This document shows positions 52,685-64,000 of a stretch of DNA of 64,000 nucleotides, piece by piece. The notes beneath the pieces were generated by a model. The model had not been told where the DNA came from and searched no databases. It saw only the letters and a program-made list of their open reading frames with translations. The stretch spans positions 12,400,001 to 12,464,000 of the forward strand of contig CM052817.1 in NCBI GenBank assembly GCA_028534125.1. Direction: 5' to 3'. A program made the position numbers and the translations under genes. Numbering within the stretch: position 1 is the first letter of the stretch; the number at the start of each line of letters is the position of its first letter. The DNA is from Lama glama (taxonomy: Eukaryota).

Positions 52685-53200
52685 CTCAGTGAACATGAAA
52701 AAAGTGGTCTCTGCCTCCATGAAATAAATATTTTGGTGGGGAAAGGGAAGATAATAAACACATGAATATATACTTGAGATAAACCAATATGCAATGAGTA
52801 TATATATGTGCCAGACACTCTTCTAGTACTTCTATTGCAGAAGTTAAAAAAAAAGATATCTAACAAATTCTGTGAAAAAATAAAATGGGATAATAAGATT
52901 GAGTGTATTGATTAAGGATGGAAGGGATCAACATAATACACTTAGATCCATGGTCAGAGAAGAATATCAAGTTGGGATTTGAATGATCATGAGGCAACAG
53001 CAATGCAAAGATCTGGGGTAAAATGAGACAGAGAAAACAGTCCAAACACAGCAAGTAATGAGCTTGGCTTGATCAAGAGACAGCAGGAAGTCATTCTGTC
53101 TGGAACATGATGGAAGAGAAAGTAGTAGGCGATGAGACTATGTACATAGTTAAGCTCAAGGTCGTAGAGATAATTATCATAAATTCAGATTTTATCAAAT
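52685..53200 (-). mobile_element. L2 3' portion
   Basis: 'cagtgaaca...ggtctctgcctccatgaa', 'atgcaaagatctgggg', 'gagcttggcttg'. Confidence 0.7.
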
Positions 53201-54299
53201 CACACTGTATAGTCATAAATTAAATTCTTCATAAGGATGTTGGGTACAGACGAGCAGCCTGTGCAGTGCATCTAGTATCTTTGCAAATAGCTGTTTTACA
53301 CAAGGTTGTCCTAGCTACTCCTGACTTGAGTCAGAAACCTTAGATACAAGCCTTGATTATGGCATCCACCTCAGTCAACAACATGCCTCTACAGGAAGTA
53401 GACCTTCCTTGGCCTCACAGCTGACTTTTAATATCTGGTTATAATGCTAGGAAGACTCTGCATAGTGTAATGTCTGGAAGCTCCATTGCTAAATTAAAGA
53501 AAAATTGTTTTCCTAAAGACAAATATTCACAGATCATTTTTTTTGTATTTTTAAAATGTGGTATGAGTAAAATGTTTTACATCCCCTCAGATAGATACAC
53601 TTGCATAAAAACTGTTTTGGTGAATGTCCATTTGGTCTTCGAGACACTGTTAATTAGTAATGCCAAGGTTGGGAAAGTTCTCAATCAACTTATACAATTT
53701 TGAATGCAAAATGGACCTGAGGAGGTTTATACACCAATCTCCAAATATACCCCTCAACTTATATCTGTCCCCCATACTTTTAGTAACCCGTATACTACTT
53801 GAGACAGTAGTATTACATTTTGATCATATACCATTGTTAGAAAAACAATTTATTTAATGAATGAAATTTTTCTTGAGACTTCCTACTCCGTGTGGTCTTG
53901 ATTTTATTTTCTGGAAAGATTTCCTATTCCATAGACAGTCATGCAAGAATGCAATCATATCTCAGTCTAATGCCTCTCTAAATTGAGCACATAAAATTCT
54001 CTCAAATTAGTCTGAAAACCTTTTTTTCTATTTGGTTGCTTCCCAGAGATACAATCAAATGAATCAATGTTCTTTTTAAAGTGTTATGTCTAGGAAAACA
54101 AAGTATTTCTAATGGACACTCTATCCAGCACTAAATAATTATCACCTTCTTTCTGAAACCCCCTATTCTTTCTAAAAACCTAATCACTAAGAGGTTTCCT
54201 GCTTCTGAACTTTGTCTTAAAGAACTTCTCATATTAAACACTAGTTTTGTGTGTTCCTTGAAGCCCTCCTCATAGCCTATGACAGTCTCACTCTTTAGT

Positions 54300-54425
54300 A
54301 ATAATAGGCAACATTTACTGAGCTGTTATTTTGCACCATGTACTATCGCAAATGCTTCATTTCCCAAGTCATTTAATGCTCACCCCTCTGAGGTGGATGC
54401 TGTCTTTATTCCCATTTTACTGATG
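54300..54425 (-). mobile_element. MIR SINE
   Basis: 'gcaacatttactgagc...tcatttaatgctcac...ttattcccattttactgatg'. Confidence 0.75.
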
Positions 54426-55319
54426 GATGATTGACTAAAAGAATAAATGAGTGAAAGAATTCTGATCATTCTCCCACCTTATCTGGAGCCACAAATGGAG
54501 TCTGAGTGTCATTTCTATTCTTGGAAAATCATGCTTTCAGGATGCCATTAGCTGACTTGCTAATGGAAAATATTACTTCTCAGATAAGGGAGTTGGAGAC
54601 GTAGAAAAGTTTTAAAAGTATCAAAAAATAAAGCTATAATGAATGAAATAATATACTTATAACTGATGTCTAACTGAAGGGCTTGCTCACCTTAAAAACC
54701 ACCCCTTTAGGCACCGCCTTACTTCCTGCATATTCCAGCAGCTGTACCTGCCCAAATCCAGATCCCAGACAAGGTAATTATAGGGAGACGTCCATTCTCA
54801 CCCCCTCACTCTGGTGTACCAAACGGCCGTTCAGTCAGTCTGGGAAGTTTCTTGGAATTACCGCTGTTCCCTGCAGTTCCTGTAAGGCAGCAGCCTACAC
54901 GTTACCTCTTTCTTAGCACACAGAAGGTTCCCCTTCATTTGCTGTTGTGATTTAAAGACAGCAGAGTCTAACTCCCAAATTTAATTTCAGACACATGTGC
55001 CTTGGATCAAATATCCTGCTGGCTGCTGCCCAAAACTTTTTTTTTTCACCTTCGATTTCCTGAGTTAATTATCTCAAACTCAGATAAAGCCAAGATCCAA
55101 ATTGTATGAAAAATCATATCATTAGCTATTATGGAATGAGTTTCAGATTTAAAACAATTGCAGAACATGAGCTGTGGTACAATAATGAGGAAAAATACTC
55201 ACTCCTAAAACATTTTTCCGATTCAGCATTTTACTAGGTGTGACTATGTTTTAAATGTATTTCTTTTCCTTGCCATCTTTGTCAGTATCCCCAGTAAATA
55301 GGTCTGTGCAGCAAGACCT

Positions 55320-55570
55320 GGACTGGAATTGTTGAAGAGTGACTCAATAACCACCTTCATTATCCCAAGTATGATTAGATGGAGGATGGTGACCAGCTGT
55401 TCTCCCTGTCTGATGAGGCAAGAACAAGAGAAGAAGGGCAGAAATTGCAGCTGGAGGGAATTCAAATGATGTAAGGAGGAACTCTGGGGGTAGCATGCAT
55501 GGTTAAACAGAGGAGGAGTTAGCAGAGCAGTTAATTCCATCCCTGACAACGTGTCTGGAGTGGTTTGGTG
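55320..55570 (+). mobile_element. L3/CR1 LINE 3' fragment
   Basis: 'gaggatggtgaccagctgttctcc...tgagg..agaacaagag...aaattgcagctggaggga' matches the CR1/L3 ORF2 C-terminal consensus. Confidence 0.75.
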
Positions 55571-55779
55571 AGCTTTACATAAGGTAAGGAGTTCACCAAG
55601 ACGACTTTGACAGAACTTTCTGGTTCCAAGATTCTGCCTTCATTCCTCATTCTATATTTCAATTGGTGGCCCTTAAAGTCTATTTTATGATGCAAACAAT
55701 TTGCAAAAGTAAAATCAATGGAGGGGTTTTAAAAATTGCAGATCTAAGAGATTATATAATGTAGAGACCACAAAAATTG

Positions 55780-56190
55780 GGCTTGAGAATCAAGCAGACA
55801 GGAGTCCAGGCTCAGCTGTGTATTTGTTTTCTGACCTCAGGCAAGCCATGTGCTGTTCCTTTGCTTAGTTTATGATGGTGTTATGAGAAATGGATAAATT
55901 GTCTGTTAAGCCCAAAAATACAAATAAATGAAAATTTTCCTACTTTAATCAGCAAATCTGGATGCACTCTGCAACTGTGTCTTTAGAGCATCCTTTAAGA
56001 TTTGTTGGTATCTCACCTCTTGAGTTTCACCATAACCCATGAGATTGAGGGTTAGTATTTTATAGCCTGAAAAACTAGGACTTGAAGAAATTGAGGACCT
56101 TGTCCAGGATCACATGGCAAATAAAGACAATTTAGTTACTAGAACTGAAACTTTACCTTGCTTCTCTAGATCTGGATCAATTGTTTCTAC
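55780..56190. mobile_element. MIR fragments (+ ~55780-55930, - ~56010-56190)
   Basis: 'gaatcaagcagac...tgacctcaggcaagcca' and 'cttgtccaggatcacatggcaa'. Confidence 0.6.
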
Positions 56191-57608
56191 TGTTTCATTA
56201 TTTATCACCCTTCACCTAATAAAGTCTGTAGATTTACTGAGACCAAAGAAGGGAATAACCACAACCACCACAACTGTGACCTTTTCTCAGCATGAGAGAG
56301 CATTTTAAAACAGACCGTTCTGGGCACATCTTAATCTATAGTTCCAGAAAACTACAGTCAATGTTATTTTATGACAATTTTCAGCAGTAAAATCCTTACT
56401 TAGCAAGCTCCCTTTTCCTTTTAGATCTGGTTATATTATCTTGCAATTATATAAGCCCAGCATCACAGGCAGTGACCAATGGGGCCTGATGCACCCTCTT
56501 CATGGGGCGAACTTATAGGACCATATATCTCTATGGGCATTTCTTTAAGGGGAATAAAGATCCTATGGGGAATGGAGTGACCTATCAAATAGCTTTCTTA
56601 GGAGTGAGAATCTCAAAAACGTAGCTTAGACTGGAAGAAATGAATTCTCATGTGTGCCACTCTCCACCTGGCCCTAAACTGTAGGTCAGTGTATGGTGCT
56701 TAAGTGACCTCTTTCCCACATTTTTTGAAAGTGAAAGTGTAATGAATTGTGCACAGCTTTCCTCAGCTCCTCATCTGGGATCCTTCATTCAAACTGCACA
56801 ATCCAGAAAAATGACCCCAGTGACTATTATCTCAATTCCTTCAAAGAGGATTCTTAGTAGTATCATAGTAAATGAATAGGAAAGAAGGAAATTCATTAGG
56901 TAAAAGACGCCTCTTAGAGCTTCAGGGCCGGATTCTCTTGAGGAGCCCCTGATAGGCTGATGGAAGCAACTATGCAGTTGGTGTTTCCTCAGTCACTGGG
57001 GTCCCTAATGGTCTCAGCCTTTCTAAGATGCTCCATCTCCACTGTTCTACCCACTGTCCTACCAAAATGCAACTGTTGCCAACAGTCCCTCATCATTCCA
57101 AGGACCTTGATACTATATAAAGCCTTGATACTGATCTAGCCTTGTTTCACCACCAACTAGTAAAAACAAATAGCAGAATGAGTATGAAAAAGCAGAGTCA
57201 TGTGAGTCAAAGTGTTTATGTAAATTCAGTTCCTATTGGATAAATTGTACAAGCATATAACTGCTAAATTTCATAAGGAAAAGAACAGTTGTGATCATCT
57301 TGTTTCGGCTCACCACCAGATCATTATTTAGCCAATGATTTCAATCATGATATATCTACAAACAGTACAGGAGGCTAGGACACTATCAAATACCATCATA
57401 AAAATTATTTGATAGCATTTTTCAAGGTAAAATATAAGGAATGGATGGTCAAGGATTGGGTCCACCAAAATGTCCAGGTTTGGAAAACGGTATGAATAGA
57501 ACCTGAAAGTCTGGTTGGCAGAAATATCAATTTATTATGGAAACAAGATAACAAAATATATAAATGTATGAATACCTTTTGTTACATTTATATACATTTA
57601 TATACAGG

Positions 57609-57611
<3 letters not shown>

Positions 57612-57657
<46 letters not shown>
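57612..57657. repeat. (AT)23 microsatellite followed by a TG-rich tract
   Basis: Directly visible. Confidence 0.97.
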
Positions 57658-57664
<7 letters not shown>

Positions 57665-57987
57665 GTGTGTATGTGTGTGGGTATGTGTGTATGTAATTAA
57701 ATTTGTTCCAGTTAACTGTGAGTGGTAGGAGACAACGTAGCTGAGCTGGAAACAGGTTAAAATTAACTAGTGTATTCTGGGCTCTGTTAGAAGCACAAAA
57801 ATAGAAGCTGTAATGGATGCTGGCCTCTTAACTTGTTTGTACAATGACACAGGATCCGGTGATCTCACATAGACCTACCTTCCTGCCTTGTCCAGACAAG
57901 AGAGTGAGTTAAGAAGATACCGAGGAAAGCACTGTAGATCCTCACTGATAGCATCTTTGCCCTGCCCAGAAAGCACCGTGAGTAGGT

Positions 57988-58014
57988 AAAATGGAAAATG
58001 GAAAATGGAAAATG
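57988..58014. repeat. (AAAATGG) x ~4 short tandem repeat
   Basis: aaaatggaaaatggaaaatggaaaatg. Confidence 0.9.
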
Positions 58015-59329
58015 CCATGTGTTCTGCAATGTGGCCAGATGTTGGGTTGTATCAGGAAGCTCTACTGAGAGCAGAGGTTCCAGGGAACACAGCTGGAGTT
58101 CAAGATAAAAATTCAGCCCTTTTATTGAACAGTGATGTAACTGAGGGTTGGTAACTTAAATTTACTAAACCTCTGCTTTCTTATCTGAGAACTACGCATA
58201 ATACACAAACTTGCAGTGTTTGGAGAGAAGATTAGCACTTTAGTACTTATACTCCAGATGCTTAAGTGGTAATTATTTTCTAGATAAATTCTCAGACTGA
58301 TTTTTTTCCCTAACAATGATAAAAATGTATGTATGCAAAAACATGCCTTCATCTTGATTTAGATATTTTTCCCCCTTTGGGGTCATCTCACTTTTTCCCC
58401 TCTCATGAAACTTGTGGGTAAGGAGGAGATGTTTAGAACAACTCCAAGAAACAAACAGCCAGTGTTCCTAATACAATCTCTCTGCCTGTTCCTTTGTTGA
58501 GTAGGAAATATAAGGCCGGGTACCTTAATAAACTGACCAACATATTGCACGTATATGATAAAAATTGTCAAACAGAATGACCACAGAATGGCCAAACCCC
58601 TTTCCAATTCTAATGCCTGCAGATGCAGGTGGCATTGGGAGAGAAACTTAATTTTACCTTGTGCTGCACCAAACTTCCATTCAGGCTCTGACAAAAGCCA
58701 CTGTAATTGAGTAAGTAAGAACAACAGTGGAAGAGAGAATGAAAGGGAACTTTGGGGAGTTCAGTTGGTAATAGACTGAGAAAGAGAGGAAGTGGGTAAC
58801 GGACCAGCAGGCTGAGACATGACACTGGGCCTCACACAGATTGTGACTGAAAGTCATCACCACCTGCAAGCTGCCCGTTCAACCGTGAGACTGTGTCTTC
58901 CGCATTGATTCTGTCCCCGCTGGTCTCAGGCCCAGCGCAGGACCTCATCAGCTGGGACGCCTTGGGAAGCAAACAGGACAAAAATTAAATAAGTAAATTT
59001 TTTTAAAAAGGAGGAAAAAGAAGCAAGTGCTGGTCTGGTATAAAGAGTAGCCCTTCGCCGCAGAGATGCTCTTTCTGAATGGAGCCACCACGAGGCAACG
59101 GTGTGCTGCTTCAACAGAAATGGCTCACATGTATCCAGTGCTTTCCACAAGCAGGAGACAATAAATCACAAATTAACAAAAGTTTTTTTTTCCCAGTATA
59201 TCTTTTTTAAACCTCTGTATCTGTAACATATTAGGAGGAATTATAGATGACCTGTGACTTTAATGCAGATGGTAGGCAGGAAAAAAATTGACAACCTCAA
59301 GAATATTACACAAGAAGAGATATATTTTA

Positions 59330-59469
59330 TTTTGGGGGACTTTTTTGGGGGAGGAATAGGTAATTACGTTTATTTCTTTATTTATTTGTTAGTGGAGGTA
59401 CTGGGGATTGAACCCAGGACCTCATGAATGTTAAGCACACCCTTTGCACTGAGCTCTACCCACCTCCTT
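59330..59469 (-). mobile_element. tRNA-Ala-derived camelid SINE (Vic-1-like) with TSD
   Basis: 'ggaggtactggggattgaacccaggacctcatg...cactgagctctaccc'; 13-bp TSD gagatatatttta (59317-59329) / gagatctatttta (59470-59482). Confidence 0.9.
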
Positions 59470-59653
59470 GAGATCTATTTTAGATTAATAATATTGTAGT
59501 ATAGCAATATTATAGTAATAATAGTGATAGTATAGTAATAGTATTAAACCTGAAAAGCTACTGAAATAAAACTTTGCACACATTTTCTCACTTTCCACAA
59601 TAATGCTGTTATTTATATAACTTTAATCCTCTTTCACAGGTGAGGAAAAGGAA

Positions 59654-60033
59654 TGTTATATGTTAAATTGTGTCCCCAAATTAATAGGTTAAATCCTTAA
59701 CACCCACCCGCACTTCAGAATGTAAACTTATTTGAAAGTAGGGTCATTGCAGATGTGATTAGTTAACACGAGGTTGTACTGGGTATGATTGGGGAAATTT
59801 GGACATAAATACATGTGCAAGGAGAAGACCACATTGCTTGCCATGAGCCAAGGAACTACCAGAAGCTAGGAAGGAAACCTAGAACAGATTTTCCCTTACT
59901 TCAGAGGGAGCAGAGCCCTGCCAACACCTTGATCTCAGAATTCTAGCCTCCAGAACTGTGAGACAATACATTTCTCTCTTCCAAGTTTCCAGTTTGTGGT
60001 ACCTTGTTATTGGTAGCCTTAGCGAAGTAACAG
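59654..60033 (+). mobile_element. MaLR solo LTR, MLT1B-like, nested in a minus-strand MIR (~59570-59653 and ~60035-60130)
   Basis: 'tgttatatgttaaattgtgtcccc', 'gggtcattgcagatgt', 'gccaaggaactaccagaagctagg', 'ctagcctccagaactgtgagacaata'. Confidence 0.88.
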
Positions 60034-60558
60034 AGGAGATTGAAAGTGATTAAATTATTTTCCCAACCTTACAGAGACAATCAGTTGTGAAGCTGAGATT
60101 TGAACTCTGACCTATCTGACTCCACTACATTTATTCAACTCTTAGTTTCTTTTGTTTCTTCAAACAAATACATAGCTACATTGAAAGCGCACCAAGTGAT
60201 ATTTGGTTCAATGCATCTGATACCTGGTTATACTCTGCCAATGACATCTATACCAGTGGCTCATCACATCTCTTCTTACACATCGCCATAGAGAGTTATC
60301 TCCCTGCCTTCCAAAGTGGTCCATTCCTATCCTGAATAATCTGCAATGTTAGGAAGCCATGCATCTGCCTCAAAGCTTAGTTCAAATCTCAGCCCTTCTG
60401 TAAAGCTTCCCTCAAATGACCACATACCCAATGCAGAAAAATTAATAAATCCACTGGAACCTACACAGTATATTTTTTTAATGCTGCCAACACAGTGCCT
60501 TCCTCTCCTTATCACTTTACTCTAATTTGAAGCAGCAAGACAATTTAATGATTTAGAG

Positions 60559-60719
60559 CACTTGTTCTCAAAGTGTGGTCCCCAAAACTGCAGTATCAGT
60601 GCCCCCGGGAGCCGCAACCTGAAACTTGCTGAATCAGAAAGCGTGGATGGGGTCCAGCCATTGTCTTCTAAGGAGTTCTCCAAGTGATTGTGACAGATAC
60701 TAAACTCTGTGAACCTCTG
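60559..60719. mobile_element. MER5A hAT-Charlie MITE
   Basis: Termini 'cacttgttctcaaagtgtggtcccc' and 'gaacctctg'; 'ctgaatcagaaa'; 8-bp TSD atttagag/gtttaggg. Confidence 0.88.
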
Positions 60720-61379
60720 GTTTAGGGCATGGACTTCACTCACGTATAAAGAAGAATGTTGGAACTTGAAATACAGTCTAATGACTGCATTTATTTCCAA
60801 TCTATCATAACTAGTTCCATTATAACACATATCAGGCAAGTCATGTTAATGATCGGTAAAATAGAATAAACTGAAATATAGTAGATATGGTAGATTAAAG
60901 CTTTCCCAAATTAAAGAAAAAATCATCAAAGTGAAAAGGTGAGATAAAATGAGCAAATAGAGGCGTACCTAGAAAAACAAAAAGTTATATTAACTTATTA
61001 GCAAAACAAATACCTACAAAAGAATTAAACTATGCTGTTTCAAAATTGTACTTTTCAAACTGAAGTTTTTAGAAGAAAATTTTGAGGAGAAAAATATGTA
61101 TGTGTAGCCTACTAAGAAAATGAAAATGATTTTCTGGGGCTTAGAAACCACACAATGATATACACGTGTACAATTGTTAAAAACACACACCTACACACAC
61201 ACACACACACACAACATGTTTTCTTGATAATATGCTACTCCTACTTACTGAAAGAAGAAAAGACAGAAAAAACCGAAACCACTCAAAAAATGGAAAACCT
61301 TAGCATAAAATCCCAACTGTGCATTCAGCACCAGCTGGATTTCTCATCTGTTTCTCTTGATAAGACATTTTTTCTACTT

Positions 61380-62790
61380 CCTCATTGACCATTTGATCCT
61401 TTCTTTGCTTCCTCAAATCTCTGACCTCTTTTGCCTTTTTCGTTCTCTGCTAATGAATGTATCTTACACTTCATAGGGTAACATTTTCGCACCACATAGA
61501 AACAATTGCATGTTTCCACGCAGGTTTAAAATAGTCACCTGTCTCAATCCATATGCTTACTGCTACATTGCAATAGAAGGTGTCCATGCGTCCTGCCAGT
61601 GGCCAAATCTTCCATGTCTGGTCTAGATCCCATCTCAAACTGTCTTTCTGGCATTATTAGTTGCCCTTCCTATGCCACCTTTCTTCTACTTCTACCTCAC
61701 TATTGTATCCTTCACCAAATGTGTTGATAATATTGTTAATTCTCAAACTCTAGTTCCTCACTTCCCATTCTCTCTTCCACCCATTCCAGTCTGGCTTCCT
61801 ATCTACTGAAACTTGCTGTGTTCACAGATGATCTAGTTGCTGAATCAAATACACGTTTTAGTCTTCAATTTTACATTAATTCTGTGTGAACATTGTCAAT
61901 TGTCTAGAAAGCATCTCTCATTCTTGTCTTCCTTTCTAACAGAATCTTAACTATTCTAGGCACATAACACTTCATCACTTGGCCACATGCCTTACAAGAT
62001 TTGTATCCCACTCTCAGCACCATCATGATTAGTCTAAAAATATTTCCACTTCTCTTGCTAATGCAGAAATGAGCAGGTGACCTAATTGTTGCTAATGAAA
62101 TATAAGGAGGTGTTTGTGAAAGACTTCTGGGAAAGATCTGAAAAGGAGAAAGATCTCTTTTAAAGGATGCGAACTCATATAACTCTGTTTTCCACCAGCA
62201 AGAGGGAAGCCAGCCTTAAGATGAAATTTACACTGGACAGCAGACCGAGGAAGTAGAAAAATCATGCCTTTATGACCTTGTTGAGATCCTGGATCAGTCA
62301 ACCATGGTGTATAATCCAATATACATTCTTATTGTCTAAGCCAACGTCTCTAAGGTGATAAACGTCCCTGTAAATACTCTTCTCAACATCATGTCAGATT
62401 GGTTTTATGACAATCCCCTGATATTCCTCCTCTTTAGCTACTTCTCCACATTCTAGTTTTCATAATTCTGCTCCTCTTTCTGACTCTAAATTGGAGTGGT
62501 CCTAAAGGGCCTCATCTCCTGAACTCCAACAGTGCTGGGCTATCCGCATGTCTTTGAATTTGAAACATATTTGGCTTCATATGCTGACTTTTTGGGGGGG
62601 GTGATGGGCAAGAGTTTTTTTCACAGTCTCCATCTCTTGCCTGCAAAGGTTCTATACATTCTTCAAGTCATGTCTTAAATACGCTCTTTGGCAGTCTTTT
62701 ATTGTTCACCAACTCACCTATTTCAGAGCTCCTGCTATAATTTCTCATAGGTTTCTCCAGTTTCCTTTATAGCACTTGTCTCAATTTATT
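61380..62790 (+). mobile_element. Degraded L2 interrupted by an MLT1J/K-like LTR (~61990-62380)
   Basis: L2 'cccattccagtctggcttcc...ctactgaaact'; LTR 'gatcctggatcagtc...ttattgtctaagcca'. Confidence 0.55.
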
Positions 62791-62859
62791 TTTTAATCTT
62801 GATAACACCAGTGACGAAACTTCTCCAAATAGGAAAAAAAATTAAAATTAGATATCACA

Positions 62860-63830
62860 GGTTAAATACAGATGCAAATATTAAATAGCATGATGCTAAA
62901 TCAAAGATATGTGTACATTAAAAGAAAACTATGCAGCTTTATACTGATGAATATAAAGAAGGTTTGATTTTACCATGAAAATATTATCAATAGTGCAAAT
63001 GAGAAGAAATAATATTTATTGATTCCGGTTATTAAATAACATTTCTCATTAAAAGATCCTAGCCATATATTCTTTCTAAATTAATCTTTTGGTTTGATAT
63101 AATACCTATTAACATGTCAAATTATTTTAATGCTTCTGACAATAATATGTCTAAATTTTCACTAAAAACTCTATTTGTAAAAGTATTTTTAAAGCCATTC
63201 TCCAAATTACTGTTTTAGAATGAATGTGGTATAGCACATAATCTAGAATTCTCAGGAAATTTTTAGAAATGGAGTACAAGAAGACTTTTAAACCATTATT
63301 AAATGGTATAATAAAACTAAGATAATTAAAATTAGAATGATAAAATATCATATTATTTGCATACAGATCAATAGAACTATCCGTAGACTTAAAAAGTAGA
63401 TACATGGTATTTATATGTATATGTGTATATACGTATAATATCAAATGTATTATTCATTAGTCTAAATATTTTATAAAAAAGAATCACATACTGATTTATT
63501 TTAAGTTAATCTTTATCTTATATCATACAGTAAAGCAAATGCCAAGGATATTTAATATTTCATTTAAAAATGGAAAAATAAATATTAAAAATAATTTACA
63601 GGTGATTACTTAAAGATACTGTAGTATAGAATATTATTTGAAAGTGTTACCAAAAGTTGAATTGCAAATTAAGTGGTTTAGAATTATTGTAATTGTAATG
63701 AAGGAAAAACAATGAAGTAAAGTAAAACAAATGATAAAGGGAGAAATCATTAAAATGTAAATGCAAAAGACATACACAGTAAAATATTATTTTAAACTAA
63801 TAGAGAGAAGACAGTATTCACCCACCAGGC
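62860..63830 (+). mobile_element. Highly decayed L1ME ORF2 fragment
   Basis: 'taaattaatct...aatacctatt', 'catacagatcaatagaac', 'ttatatcatacagtaaa' follow L1 ORF2 order. Confidence 0.55.
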
Positions 63831-64000
63831 AATTTCCTTCTACATCCCCAGTTGTGTGTTCTCAGTCTTCTCTGCTAGCCTTGCATTCACTCTAGATTGA
63901 TGCTTAAAGAGCCCTATTGCATCATAATATTAAGAACAGAAGCTCTTAATTCCAGTGGATCTGAATTCCATTCCTAAGTCTTTCTGAATTTGGGCATCAA

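Noticed and set aside
58923-58980. Hammerhead-ribozyme-like core on the minus strand (CUGAUGA-GGUCC-UGCGCU-GGGCC-UGAGAC)
   Set aside because: Stem II is plausible, but the essential GAAA reads UGAGA, and no GUC gives both a proper stem I and stem III. Likely chance; an Infernal search with the Rfam hammerhead models would settle it.
1-64000. CRISPR array, operon, intact retrovirus or novel enzyme system
   Set aside because: No regularly spaced repeats, no long ORFs and no gag/pol/env remnants; all LTRs appear to be solo.

Overview
AT-rich mammalian non-coding DNA (intergenic or deep-intronic) from a draft assembly with four N gaps. Two tRNA-Ala-derived SINEs that I recognise as Vic-1-like point to a camelid (alpaca or camel); this is an inference from the repeat family. 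I see no credible protein-coding exon, RNA gene, CRISPR array or prokaryotic-type system. The listed ORFs are short chance frames, decayed repeats or N-run artefacts. Most of the window is ancient interspersed repeats: MIR, L2, L3/CR1, old L1M fragments, about 14 MaLR/ERVL solo LTRs, MER5A and MER58A. Repeat families were assigned by eye from remembered consensus sequences, so subfamily names and most boundaries are approximate. The most notable items are: (1) a 37-bp tailless tRNA-half retrocopy with a 19-bp target-site duplication at ~10.8 kb; (2) a repeat-poor, CpG-retaining, motif-dense candidate enhancer complex at ~42.7-44.0 kb; (3) a fold-back rearrangement inside an old L1 at ~49.5 kb; (4) a possible TATA/TCT promoter at ~59.0 kb. 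I cannot support a claim of a new biological system here.
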